64,000 nt of DNA, from assembly GCA_017526785.1 (NCBI GenBank), contig JAFXQV010000031.1:38624-102623 (forward strand), read 5' to 3'. Both the position numbers and the translations under genes were made by a program. The stretch is from Oscillibacter sp. (GTDB lineage: Bacteria; Bacillota; Clostridia; Oscillospirales; Oscillospiraceae). This document shows, piece after piece, positions 1 through 7,789 of the stretch (position 1 is the stretch's first letter; each line of letters starts with the position of its first letter). The notes under the pieces are model-generated. The model had not been told where the DNA came from. It saw nothing but the letters and a program-made list of their open reading frames with translations, and made no database searches.

Positions 1-61
1 CCGCTATGAAAATCACAGCGATAATAGCGGCAATCTGCGCCTGCATGCGTCGTTCAAACAT
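1..61 (-). CDS. N-terminal 20 codons of an unidentified hydrophobic (probably membrane) protein; gene continues past the window start
   Basis: Minus-strand ATG at 61 with GGGAG 8 nt upstream. Translation MFERRMQAQIAAIIAVIFIA... stays open to the window edge. Absent from the ORF track because it is truncated. Confidence 0.35.
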   Translation of the reverse strand, partial: MFERRMQAQIAAIIAVIFIA

Positions 62-297
62 AGCATCAGCTCCCTTTTTTTGGTTTTTCATATGCAGGGC
101 GGCTGCCCCACAGGTTGTGAGACAGCCGCCTTTCCGCGCCGTGACGCTTCGTCACGGTGCCAATGACAGGACTTGAACCCACACGGTTTTCGGGTTCCTC
201 CACATATTCCAGTAAAACGTGGCCGACGGCGCGAAATTCAGCGGGAGACCGGACTTTCTTCCCGTCACTTCCGCCAATTTCGCCGTATCGACACCCT
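62..297 (-). promoter_or_regulatory. About 235-nt structured 5' leader (candidate riboswitch or T-box-like attenuator) of the truncated gene at 1-61
   Basis: Lies between a near-consensus promoter (304-332) and the RBS. Nested hairpins at about 228-284 (GGCGAAAUU/AAUUUCGC enclosing CGGGA/UCCCG), 175-197 (GAACCC/GGGUUC), 139-157 (CCGUGAC/GUCACGG) and 98-130 (GGCGGCUG/CAGCCGCC). UUGGCACC at 163-156 resembles the T-box UGGNACC bulge. Confidence 0.35.
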
Positions 298-303
298 GCC
301 GCC

Positions 304-332
304 ATTATACGCTATCCCAAACGGGAATGCAA
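304..332 (-). promoter_or_regulatory. SigA/sigma-70-type promoter
   Basis: Minus strand TTGCAT (332-327), 17-nt spacer, TATAAT (309-304). Confidence 0.6.
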
Positions 333-344
333 GAGACATTTTTA

Positions 345-392
345 AAATTCCGGCAAAATATGCGCCCTCCCCCGCGCACACGGGAGAGGGCG
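345..392 (-). terminator. Rho-independent terminator of trpB2
   Basis: 12-bp GC-rich stem (363-374 / 381-392). On the minus strand it is followed by CAUAUUUUGCCGGAAUUUU. Confidence 0.6.
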
Positions 393-418
393 GCGATATC
401 CAATTTTTCCGCCTCGTA

Positions 419-1792
419 TCACGCGTCCACTTTCGGGAGACGGTCAAAACTGGCCTGCAGTTCCTCATCTGTGGGGATGAAGTCGGTCATTTGTCCGTCG
501 TGGAACTTCTCATAGGCGACCATGTCAAAGTATCCGGTTCCGGTCAGGCCGAAAACGATGGTCTTTGCCTCCCCGGTCTCCTTGCACTTCAAGGCTTCGT
601 CGATTGCCACGCGGATGGCGTGGGAACTCTCCGGCGCGGGCAGAATCCCCTCGACGCGCGCGAACTGTTCCGCCGCCTCGAAAACCTTCGTCTGCTCCAC
701 GGAAACCGCCGTCATATAACCGTCGTGGTAGAGCTGGGACAGCGTGGAACTCATGCCGTGGAAGCGCAAGCCCCCGGCGTGGTTCGGCGACGGAATGAAG
801 CCGCTTCCAAGCGTGTACATCTTCGCCAGCGGGCAAATCATGCCCGTGTCGCAGAAGTCGTACGCGAACTTCCCGCGCGTGAAGCTGGGACAAGACGCGG
901 GTTCCACGGCGATAATCTGATAGTCCGCCTCGCCGCGCAGTTTCTCGCCCATGAACGGCGCGATTAAGCCGCCCAAGTTCGACCCGCCGCCCGCACAGCC
1001 GATAATCACGTCCGGCTTGACGCCGTACTTGTCAAGGGCGGCCTTCGTTTCAAGGCCGATGACGGACTGGTGAAGCAGAACCTGATTCAGCACGCTTCCG
1101 AGTACATAGCGGTAGCCGGGATTCCTGACGGCGACCTCCACGGCCTCCGAAATGGCACAGCCCAGAGAACCGCCCGTGCCGGGATGTTCGGCAAGAATCT
1201 TTCTGCCGACTTCGGTTGTGTCGGACGGAGACGGCACCACCGACGCGCCATATACGCGCATGACCTCGCGCCGGAAAGGCTTCTGTTCGTAGGAGACCTT
1301 GACCATGTAGACCCTGCACTCCAGCCCGAAATACGAACAGGCCATAGACAGCGCGGTACCCCACTGTCCGGCTCCGGTCTCGGTCGTGACGCCTTTGAGA
1401 CCCTGCTGTTTGGCGTAGTACGCCTGCGCAATGGCGGAGTTGAGCTTGTGACTGCCGCTGGTGTTGTTGCCCTCGAACTTGTAGTAAATTTTCGCGGGGG
1501 TGTCGAGCTGTTTTTCCAGACAGTAGGCGCGGACAAGCGGGGAAGGGCGGTACATCTTGTAGAAGTCGCGGATTTCCTGCGGAATGGGAATCCACGCGTC
1601 GGTCTCGTTGAGTTCCTGCTTGACCAGTTCTTCACAGAAAATGCCGTCGAGTTCCTGCGCGGTCAGGGGCTGATGGGTGCCGGGGTTGAGCAGCGGCGCG
1701 GGCTTCTCCGCCATGTCGGCGCGCATGTTATACCAAGCCTCGGGAAGCTCCGTCTCGTCCAGATAAATCTTATAGGGAATCTGCTGTTCCAT
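419..1792 (-). CDS. trpB: TrpB2-type tryptophan synthase beta-chain-like PLP enzyme (stand-alone)
   Basis: 457 aa. Contains FEGNNTSGSHKLNSA (PLP-lysine motif), GAGQWG and CAGGGSN. The length and N-terminal extension are typical of the TrpB2 clade. No trpA or other trp genes are adjacent. Confidence 0.85.
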   Translation of the reverse strand: MEQQIPYKIYLDETELPEAWYNMRADMAEKPAPLLNPGTHQPLTAQELDGIFCEELVKQELNETDAWIPIPQEIRDFYKMYRPSPLVRAYCLEKQLDTPAKIYYKFEGNNTSGSHKLNSAIAQAYYAKQQGLKGVTTETGAGQWGTALSMACSYFGLECRVYMVKVSYEQKPFRREVMRVYGASVVPSPSDTTEVGRKILAEHPGTGGSLGCAISEAVEVAVRNPGYRYVLGSVLNQVLLHQSVIGLETKAALDKYGVKPDVIIGCAGGGSNLGGLIAPFMGEKLRGEADYQIIAVEPASCPSFTRGKFAYDFCDTGMICPLAKMYTLGSGFIPSPNHAGGLRFHGMSSTLSQLYHDGYMTAVSVEQTKVFEAAEQFARVEGILPAPESSHAIRVAIDEALKCKETGEAKTIVFGLTGTGYFDMVAYEKFHDGQMTDFIPTDEELQASFDRLPKVDA

Positions 1793-1873
1793 GGTTCCAT
1801 CTCCTTTCGCCTGAAACCGTCAAACGAACCGGCGCGGCATCTCGCCCGAAAGCTGACGATTTAATTACGGTGC

Positions 1874-1902
1874 ATTTTAGCACACCGATTCCGGCGCGTC
1901 AA
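1874..1902 (-). promoter_or_regulatory. Promoter of trpB2 with extended -10
   Basis: Minus strand TTGACG (1902-1897), 17 nt, TGC-TAAAAT (-10 at 1879-1874). Confidence 0.55.
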
Positions 1903-1957
1903 TGCGGAATCTGACGGCTATGGAACCGTTTCAGGGGCGATTCTATGGCAAAACGCC

Positions 1958-1994
1958 GAAAAAATCCCGTACGGGGAACGTCTCCCCGTACGGG
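1958..1994 (-). terminator. Rho-independent terminator after ispF
   Basis: Stem CCCGUACGGGGA/UCCCCGUACGGG (1966-1977 / 1983-1994), followed on the minus strand by a U5 run (plus-strand A run 1960-1964). Confidence 0.75.
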
Positions 1995-2001
1995 CAATGT
2001 G

Positions 2002-2490
2002 CTACAGGCTTGTTTGTTCGAGAAGCGCAACGGCGTGGGCGGCGATTCCGGAGCCGTCGCCCGTGAAGCCGAGGCGTTCTTCCGTCGTGGCCTTGACGTT
2101 CACGCGTTCCGGCGGGATTTCCAGCGCCTCCGAAAGCGCGCGTTCCATGGCCTCCCGGTACGGCGACAGCTTCGGAGCCTGCGCAATCACGGTGGCGTCG
2201 ATGTTGACGACCGCAAAGCCGCCTTTCCGCAAGCGGTCGCGCACCTCCCGCAACAGTACAAGACTGCTGATTCCGGCGTAACGCGGGTCGGTATCGGGGA
2301 ACAGCCGCCCGATATCGCCCAAGCGCGACGCCCCGCAGAGCGCGTCCATGACGGCGTGGGTCAGCACGTCGGCGTCGGAGTGGCCTAACAGGCCTCTGTC
2401 CCAAGGCACCGTGACGCCGCCGAGTACCAGCGGCCGCCCCGCCACGATTCGATGTACGTCATAGCCGTGTCCGATTCTGATATTTGTCAT
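2002..2490 (-). CDS. ispF: 2-C-methyl-D-erythritol 2,4-cyclodiphosphate synthase
   Basis: 162 aa. Contains [20 protein letters not shown] and DIG motifs. A 4-nt overlap with ispD indicates an operon. Confidence 0.95.
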   Translation of the reverse strand: MTNIRIGHGYDVHRIVAGRPLVLGGVTVPWDRGLLGHSDADVLTHAVMDALCGASRLGDIGRLFPDTDPRYAGISSLVLLREVRDRLRKGGFAVVNIDATVIAQAPKLSPYREAMERALSEALEIPPERVNVKATTEERLGFTGDGSGIAAHAVALLEQTSL

Positions 2491-3212
2491 GCGCCGCCCA
2501 TCCGTTTCCTTAGAACCGCCTCGGCAAAGAGCATATCGGCGGGGGTCGTGATTTTCAAATTCTCCTCCTCGCCGTCAATCAGGAACACGACCTTTCCCAT
2601 ACGTTCCACGGCGGAGCAGTCGTCGGTGAGTTCCGCGCCCGTCTCGAACGCCGCGTGCAGGGACGCTTTCAGCAGGTCGGCGTCGAAAACCTGCGGCGTC
2701 TGGACAGCCCGGAGCGCGTCCCGCTTCAGGGTACGGTCGACCTCCCCGCCCTCTTTGACACGCTTAATCGTGTCTTTCAGGGGCAGGGCGGGAGCCACCG
2801 CGCCGTAGCGTTCCGCCGCCTCTATGGCACGGTCTACCAAGTCGGGCGTGACGAGCGGCCGCGCCCCGTCGTGGACGGCCAACAGCATGGCGTCGCGTCT
2901 GGCCTCCATGGCCGCCCGCATGACGGACGCTTCCCGCGTCGCGCCGCCGATAACGACCTTTTTGCACTTCGTGACGGCGTACTCCTTGCAGAGCCGGGAC
3001 ACCTCCTCGACGTCCTGCTCCCGCGTGGCCACAATGATTTCATCGACGCGGCGGGCGAGTTGCAGAGATGTCAGCGTCCGCACAAGTACGGGTACGCCGC
3101 AGAGGGGCAGGAAGAGTTTATTGACGCCGTTCATACGCTGGGCGCTTCCCGCCGCCGGGACTAACGCCGTACACTTCGGGCGCTTCTTTCTGAACAGTCG
3201 AAACACGCGCAA
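2487..3212 (-). CDS. ispD: 2-C-methyl-D-erythritol 4-phosphate cytidylyltransferase
   Basis: 241 aa. N-terminal [12 protein letters not shown] nucleotide-binding motif, VHDGARP, and QTPQVF. Confidence 0.93.
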   Translation of the reverse strand: MRVFRLFRKKRPKCTALVPAAGSAQRMNGVNKLFLPLCGVPVLVRTLTSLQLARRVDEIIVATREQDVEEVSRLCKEYAVTKCKKVVIGGATREASVMRAAMEARRDAMLLAVHDGARPLVTPDLVDRAIEAAERYGAVAPALPLKDTIKRVKEGGEVDRTLKRDALRAVQTPQVFDADLLKASLHAAFETGAELTDDCSAVERMGKVVFLIDGEEENLKITTPADMLFAEAVLRKRMGGA

Positions 3213-3224
3213 TTCCCCCGTCGC

Positions 3225-3710
3225 TTAACGCTCTTTCCGCATGGCGTCCATGAGTACGTTTTCCACGTCCTCATACTCGCCCCGCTTGGCTACCACGATT
3301 TCCGAGATGATAATCTGCTTGGCGTTGTAGAGCATTTTCCGCTCCCCGGTGGACAGTCCTCGCTGGCTCTCCCGCTGTACGAGCGACTTAATGACTTTCG
3401 CCACCTCGTACAAGTCCCCGCTTTTCAGGCGGTTCAAGTTCTCCTGATAGCGCTTGTTCCAGTTGGAATTGGCCTCGACGGTCAAGTCCGGGATGGCCTC
3501 CATGAGTTCGTCGGCCTCGCTCTCCGTGATAACGTTCCGGATTCCGACGGTACCCGCGCTGGAAGTGGGAATCTTCAGCACGAGGCTACCGGCCGGCATG
3601 TTAAACACGTAGTATTTCTTCTTGACGCCTGCGACTTTCTCCTCCACAATGTCTTCAATCTGTCCGGCGCCGTGCAGGGGATGCACGACGTAGTCCCCAA
3701 TGCTGAACAT
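3225..3710 (-). CDS. carD: CarD/CdnL family RNA-polymerase-binding transcription regulator
   Basis: 161 aa. N-terminal Tudor-like FSIGDYVVHPLHGAGQIEDI, and a C-terminal helical domain with ...RERKML... patterning. Confidence 0.9.
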   Translation of the reverse strand: MFSIGDYVVHPLHGAGQIEDIVEEKVAGVKKKYYVFNMPAGSLVLKIPTSSAGTVGIRNVITESEADELMEAIPDLTVEANSNWNKRYQENLNRLKSGDLYEVAKVIKSLVQRESQRGLSTGERKMLYNAKQIIISEIVVAKRGEYEDVENVLMDAMRKER

Positions 3711-3794
3711 AGCGGTGCGACCTCCTCTCTAAACTGCCTTGGCGGGTTGTTGTCCCGCCGTCTCCGTTTCCGGAATTTCCTATTGTACAATAAG

Positions 3795-3823
3795 ATTATA
3801 ACATGATATGACATGATTTACAA
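3795..3823 (-). promoter_or_regulatory. carD promoter
   Basis: Minus strand TTGTAA (3823-3818), 17 nt, TGT-TATAAT (-10 at 3800-3795). Confidence 0.55.
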
Positions 3824-4040
3824 GAGCTATTTTCAGAAAAATTTCCAAAAATAATCAACAGCCGGAAAAACCCTGTTGGTCAAGCGATTTTCATAATGAG
3901 AAAGTGCGGATTTTAACTCTGTCTCCCGTGGTTATGAAAAGCGTATCTGTGTTCTTTCTTGTTTGCACAAGTGGACAATACGCGTATGATTGCTTATCAC
4001 AAGGCGCGGGTTCGGACATTGTTTCCCGTGATAACGGAAA

Positions 4041-4092
4041 GCGTATCCGCGTTTGCGGAAAGTGAAAAGACCTGCCGTAAACGCGGATACGC
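4041..4092 (-). terminator. Terminator hairpin after the CoA-transferase gene
   Basis: Perfect 14-bp stem GCGTATCCGCGTTT / AAACGCGGATACGC (4041-4054 / 4079-4092), followed on the minus strand by UUUCCGUU. Confidence 0.6.
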
Positions 4093-4110
4093 GCACTTTT
4101 GTAATTTGCT

Positions 4111-5457
4111 TTAACGCTTGTTGGAACGCCGCCAGATGTGCATTTTCTCGGCGGCGGCAATCAGTTCTTCCCGGAACCGCGGGTGGGCAAGGGCAATGAT
4201 ACCCTCCGCCCGCTCCCACGTCGACTTGCCCTTGACGCTGAACTTTCCGTACTCCGTGACAAGGTAGTGCAGATTGCTCCGCGTCGCCGTGACAATGGAA
4301 CCGTCAAGAAGCGTGGGGCGGATTCTCGAACGGAGTTCGCCCGTTTTCTTGTCCTTGACGGCGGACGACATGCAAATAAAGCTCTTGCCGCCCTTGGAGA
4401 GATACGCGCCCATCACAAAATCCTGCTGTCCGCCCGCGCCGGAAATGTGCTTGGTGCCGCTGGATTCCGACGAGACCTGCCCGTACAAGTCCACGTCGAC
4501 CGCGCCGTTAATCGAAATAAAGTTGTCAATCTGCTGTACGCGGGCGATACTGTTGACGTAATCGACGGGCGCGGCCATGCAGGCGGGGTTATTGTGCAGG
4601 TAGTCGTACAATTTCTTGGTTCCGGCGGCGAAGGCGTAAACCTGACGCCCCCTGTCGAACGGCTTGCACTTGCCCGTCAGCTTCCCGGCGGCGGCCATGT
4701 CCACGAAGCCGTCGACGTACATTTCCGTATGGACGCCCAAATCTTTCAGGTCGGACTCGGCAATCAGCTTGCCAATGGCGTTCGGCATGGAGCCAATGCC
4801 CAGTTGCAGACACGCGCCGTTGGGGATTTCCGGAAGCACCAGATTCGCCACGGCAAGGTCGATTTCGGAGGGGACGGTCGCGCCGCCGAGTTCCTCCATG
4901 GGCGGGTTGTCGCCCTCCACAATCATGTCCACGTCGTCAATATGCACGCAATGCTCAAAGCCGCCCAGACACACCGGAACGTTTTGATTGACTTCCACGA
5001 TGACTTTCTTTGCCACCTCGCAGACGGCCTTCAGGTGGGAGCCGCCGGGGCCGAAGTTGAAATAGCCGTGTTCGTCCATCGGCGCGACTTGGAACATGGC
5101 CACGTCAAGGGAGCCGATTTCGTCGCGGTAGAAGCCGGGCAGTTCCGAGTAGCGCATGGGGATATAGTAGGCCAGACCCTCGTTGATTGCCTTCCGCTCG
5201 ACGCCGGACATGTGCCACGAGTTAAATACAAAGTGTTCCGGCGCGTCCGGGACATCGAATACCGCCGGACGGTGCAGCAGAATCCCGCCGCGAATCTTGA
5301 CATCCGTCAGTTCCTCCCAGCGCTTGGCCAGTGCCTCGTCGAGTTTACGCGCCGTGCAGACGCACCAGCCGTAGTCCACCCAGTCGCCGCTCTTGACCAC
5401 TTTCACGGCCTCCCCGGCGGTCGTGAGTTTGCGCGCGTACGCTTCCTGATAGCTCAT
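4111..5457 (-). CDS. Acetyl-CoA hydrolase/transferase family enzyme, butyryl-CoA:acetate CoA-transferase-like
   Basis: 448 aa. The overall pattern is that of the 4-hydroxybutyrate/butyryl-CoA:acetate CoA-transferase family of gut Firmicutes: [17 protein letters not shown]..., GGQQDF, EYG. Confidence 0.8.
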   Translation of the reverse strand: MSYQEAYARKLTTAGEAVKVVKSGDWVDYGWCVCTARKLDEALAKRWEELTDVKIRGGILLHRPAVFDVPDAPEHFVFNSWHMSGVERKAINEGLAYYIPMRYSELPGFYRDEIGSLDVAMFQVAPMDEHGYFNFGPGGSHLKAVCEVAKKVIVEVNQNVPVCLGGFEHCVHIDDVDMIVEGDNPPMEELGGATVPSEIDLAVANLVLPEIPNGACLQLGIGSMPNAIGKLIAESDLKDLGVHTEMYVDGFVDMAAAGKLTGKCKPFDRGRQVYAFAAGTKKLYDYLHNNPACMAAPVDYVNSIARVQQIDNFISINGAVDVDLYGQVSSESSGTKHISGAGGQQDFVMGAYLSKGGKSFICMSSAVKDKKTGELRSRIRPTLLDGSIVTATRSNLHYLVTEYGKFSVKGKSTWERAEGIIALAHPRFREELIAAAEKMHIWRRSNKR

Positions 5458-5488
5458 ATGAAAGTCCCTCCCGTTGTGATATCGCCCG

Positions 5489-5848
5489 TCACGCCTCGGC
5501 GGACAGTCCGGCCTTTTCTCTTTCGAGCGCGGTTTCCTCGTTCTTAATCTCCCAGTGAATCAGAAACGTAAGCACGCCGCGCAGTACGATAATCGCGCCC
5601 AGAATGCCCAGTTCCGCCCACTCGCGCACAACGACCGTGCGGAGTACCTCGCCGCCCATCTTGAATTCCAGCGCGAGAGCGATTCCCTGCGCCAGCGTCA
5701 GACGGATTCCGGCCTGTTTCCGGAGCCACCTGTAGAAGCACCTGCCCGCCGTGGACACCAGCACACAAATGCCGAACAGTTCCATCAGCATTGTGCAGAC
5801 CTGTACCAGTTCGTACAGGAGTTCCTCCGCCGTCCCAATCCATGCCAT
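5489..5848 (-). CDS. DUF1622-type small membrane protein
   Basis: 119 aa with about three hydrophobic helices and an [15 protein letters not shown] motif. Lies 31 nt upstream of the CoA-transferase gene, so probably the same operon. Confidence 0.65.
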   Translation of the reverse strand: MAWIGTAEELLYELVQVCTMLMELFGICVLVSTAGRCFYRWLRKQAGIRLTLAQGIALALEFKMGGEVLRTVVVREWAELGILGAIIVLRGVLTFLIHWEIKNEETALEREKAGLSAEA

Positions 5849-6006
5849 ACTATCCCACCCCCCTATGTGATTGCAATGCCGGATTCCGGCATATTCCGCG
5901 TTTCAGGATATACTATGACGCGGGAATTGTCAAGTACGGCGCGGCGCAATATGAAAACTACCAGAAGGACAATTGCGCCCTCCGGTAGTTTGGCGTTCCG
6001 CCGCGC

Positions 6007-7335
6007 TTACAGGATTCCCTCCCACGCGCGGCTTTGCTCGAAAAGCGACAGCATTTCACGGTCGACCGCGCCCTCCTCGACCATGCTGTGCAGGATAGAC
6101 AGCGCTCTTTCGGGCGGGAACGGCTTTTTATAGGGGCGGTCTTTCGCCGTCAGCGCCTCGAACACGTCCAGAATCGTCAACAGCCGCACTTCCATGGGAA
6201 TGGCGTCCGCCGTCAGGCCGTCGGGGTATCCGTGTCCGTTGAGTTGCTCGTGGTGCGCGGCCGACCATGTGGGGACATCCCTGTAGGAATCCGGGAAAGA
6301 GATGTGGCTGAGAATGCGCCCCGTGACGGCGGCGTGGCTTTGCATAACCGCCCGTTCGTCGGCCGTCAGCGTCCCCTTGCGAATGGACAGCTTCACGTAC
6401 TCGTCATTCGTAATCCACGGGCAGGTCACGCCGTGTTCGTCCGTATAAGTACGCGCCGCGAGCGCGTCCACGCGCCGGAAATCCTCGTCGGGGAGGAATC
6501 CGGCCTTGTTAATCCGCTCCACAAAGTCCCGGGTCTCCTCCAACTGCTGTCGGCGTCGGGCGGCCTCGTCGGCGTCGATTTGGCCTCTTGCTTCGGCGAG
6601 TTCGTCCAGCAGGCCTATCACGCGCAGGCGTTCCCGGACTTCCGGGAGGCTGTCGCCCAGACGGTCGGCCTTGTCCATGACGCTCAGCGGCACGGTCAGT
6701 TTTCCCACGTCGTGCAGCCACACACTCATCAGGAACGCCCGGCGCTTCTCGCCCTCGAACTGGCACGGGGCGTCCTTCCCGGGGAGCCAGTCCAAAAAGG
6801 CCTCGGCGAAACGCGCCATATTCTTTGTGTGGTTGGCGGTATAGGGGGAGCGCTCGTCGATGGCGCTGGACAGCGCCTCCACCATGGATTCCAGCAAGGC
6901 CGTAATCTGCTGATTCTTCGCCTCCACCTCGTTGCGCAGGCGGATAAGTTCACTGACATCCGCGAGAACGGCAATGACGCCGACGCGGCGGCCGTCGTCG
7001 GTCAGGAAAGAGGTCGTTACATGCAGATACTTCGTCGTTTCGCCGTCGAAATAGGGAACCACCGAGACATGGAGCGTGCCGCTTTCGTAAATCGCGTCAA
7101 GGACGGTCTGCGAGAAAGCGTCGTTTTCCTCGTACTCGAAGAAGAACCGGGCAAACGGCTTCCCGATGACCCTTTTTTCGGACAGTTGCAGGAGTTCGCA
7201 GGCCTTGGGGTTGATTTGCTCAATATGCCCGTTCAGCCCGATGACCACAACGCCGTCCGACATATCCCGGATAATGCGGTTTTGTATCAAATTTCTGTCC
7301 GCGTCCATTGTTCTCCCTTCCTTCATGCAAACCAT
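6007..7335 (-). CDS. PAS-domain HD-GYP phosphodiesterase (predicted c-di-GMP hydrolase)
   Basis: 442 aa. N-terminal PAS-like region (MSDGVVVIGLNGHIEQINPKACELL), then HDVGK...HHEQLNGHGYPDGL (HD plus GYP signature). An ATG at 7308 has a better RBS (GGAAGGGAG) and may be the true start. Confidence 0.85.
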   Translation of the reverse strand: MVCMKEGRTMDADRNLIQNRIIRDMSDGVVVIGLNGHIEQINPKACELLQLSEKRVIGKPFARFFFEYEENDAFSQTVLDAIYESGTLHVSVVPYFDGETTKYLHVTTSFLTDDGRRVGVIAVLADVSELIRLRNEVEAKNQQITALLESMVEALSSAIDERSPYTANHTKNMARFAEAFLDWLPGKDAPCQFEGEKRRAFLMSVWLHDVGKLTVPLSVMDKADRLGDSLPEVRERLRVIGLLDELAEARGQIDADEAARRRQQLEETRDFVERINKAGFLPDEDFRRVDALAARTYTDEHGVTCPWITNDEYVKLSIRKGTLTADERAVMQSHAAVTGRILSHISFPDSYRDVPTWSAAHHEQLNGHGYPDGLTADAIPMEVRLLTILDVFEALTAKDRPYKKPFPPERALSILHSMVEEGAVDREMLSLFEQSRAWEGIL

Positions 7336-7346
7336 GCAAGCGCGTC

Positions 7347-7772
7347 TTATTTGCGCTTACGGCTTGTGTCTTGCAGTTTCCGGCGTATGGTGAGGACGTT
7401 TTGGCCGTTCTCGTGGCGGTAGGAAACGGCGTCCATGCTCTTCTTGACCATGTAAATCCCCAGACCGCCGATTTCCCGCTCCTCGGCCGAGAGCGTCACG
7501 TCCGGGTCGGGACGCGCCAGCGGATTATAGGGCGTCCCCCAGTCCCGAAACGTGATTTCCGCGAAGCCGTCCGGGAACTCCATCTCAATGACCGCCTCGC
7601 CCGTCGCGCCGCCGTAGGCGTAACTGGCGATATTGGTAAAGAGTTCGTCCACGGCAATGTCGAGCTGTGTTTTTGACCTTATGCAACAGTCGTGCGCTTC
7701 CAGTTGCGCGTCCACAAAGGACATGACCTGTTCCGCGTTCTCCCGTTTCGCCTCAATTCGCAATGCAGGCAT
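7347..7772 (-). CDS. RsbW/SpoIIAB-like anti-sigma-type serine protein kinase (HATPase_c)
   Basis: 141 aa starting at MPALRIEAK. Contains DELFTNIASYAY and GGLGIYMVKKSMD (N and G boxes). GGAGG RBS. The ORF-track version (to 8219) is an Arg-rich artefactual extension that overlaps the phosphatase gene. Confidence 0.85.
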   Translation of the reverse strand: MPALRIEAKRENAEQVMSFVDAQLEAHDCCIRSKTQLDIAVDELFTNIASYAYGGATGEAVIEMEFPDGFAEITFRDWGTPYNPLARPDPDVTLSAEEREIGGLGIYMVKKSMDAVSYRHENGQNVLTIRRKLQDTSRKRK

Positions 7773-7789
7773 AAATTCCTCCGTTTCTG

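Noticed and set aside
98-130. Strong 8-bp GC hairpin (GGCGGCTG...CAGCCGCC) as an intrinsic terminator of the leader
   Set aside because: On the transcribed (minus) strand it is followed by CUGCAUAUGAAAAACC with no U tract. On the plus strand only TTT follows, and no plus-strand gene ends there. I keep it as a structural element of the leader only.
157-200. tRNA-like string on the minus strand (GGGTTCAAGTCCTGTCATTGGCACC), which looks like a T-arm plus acceptor 3' end and could be a tRNA gene or an att-site remnant
   Set aside because: The putative T-stem would need three G-U pairs. No complementary 5' acceptor strand (GCCAATG), D-arm or anticodon arm can be found upstream. The string sits inside a promoter-driven leader. 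I treat it as part of the leader RNA rather than a tRNA or tRNA fragment.
4138-5547. Long antisense 'shadow' ORFs. Examples: 4138-5547(+), 6034-7422(+), 9002-9907(+), 11184-11912(-), 17248-18324(+), 19386-20600(+), 34776-35768(+), 43318-44151(-), 54348-55940(-), 63137-63994(-)
   Set aside because: Each lies fully opposite a gene with clear family motifs. Their translations are Arg/Gly/Ala/Pro-rich with no motifs, as expected from stop-codon depletion in GC-rich DNA.
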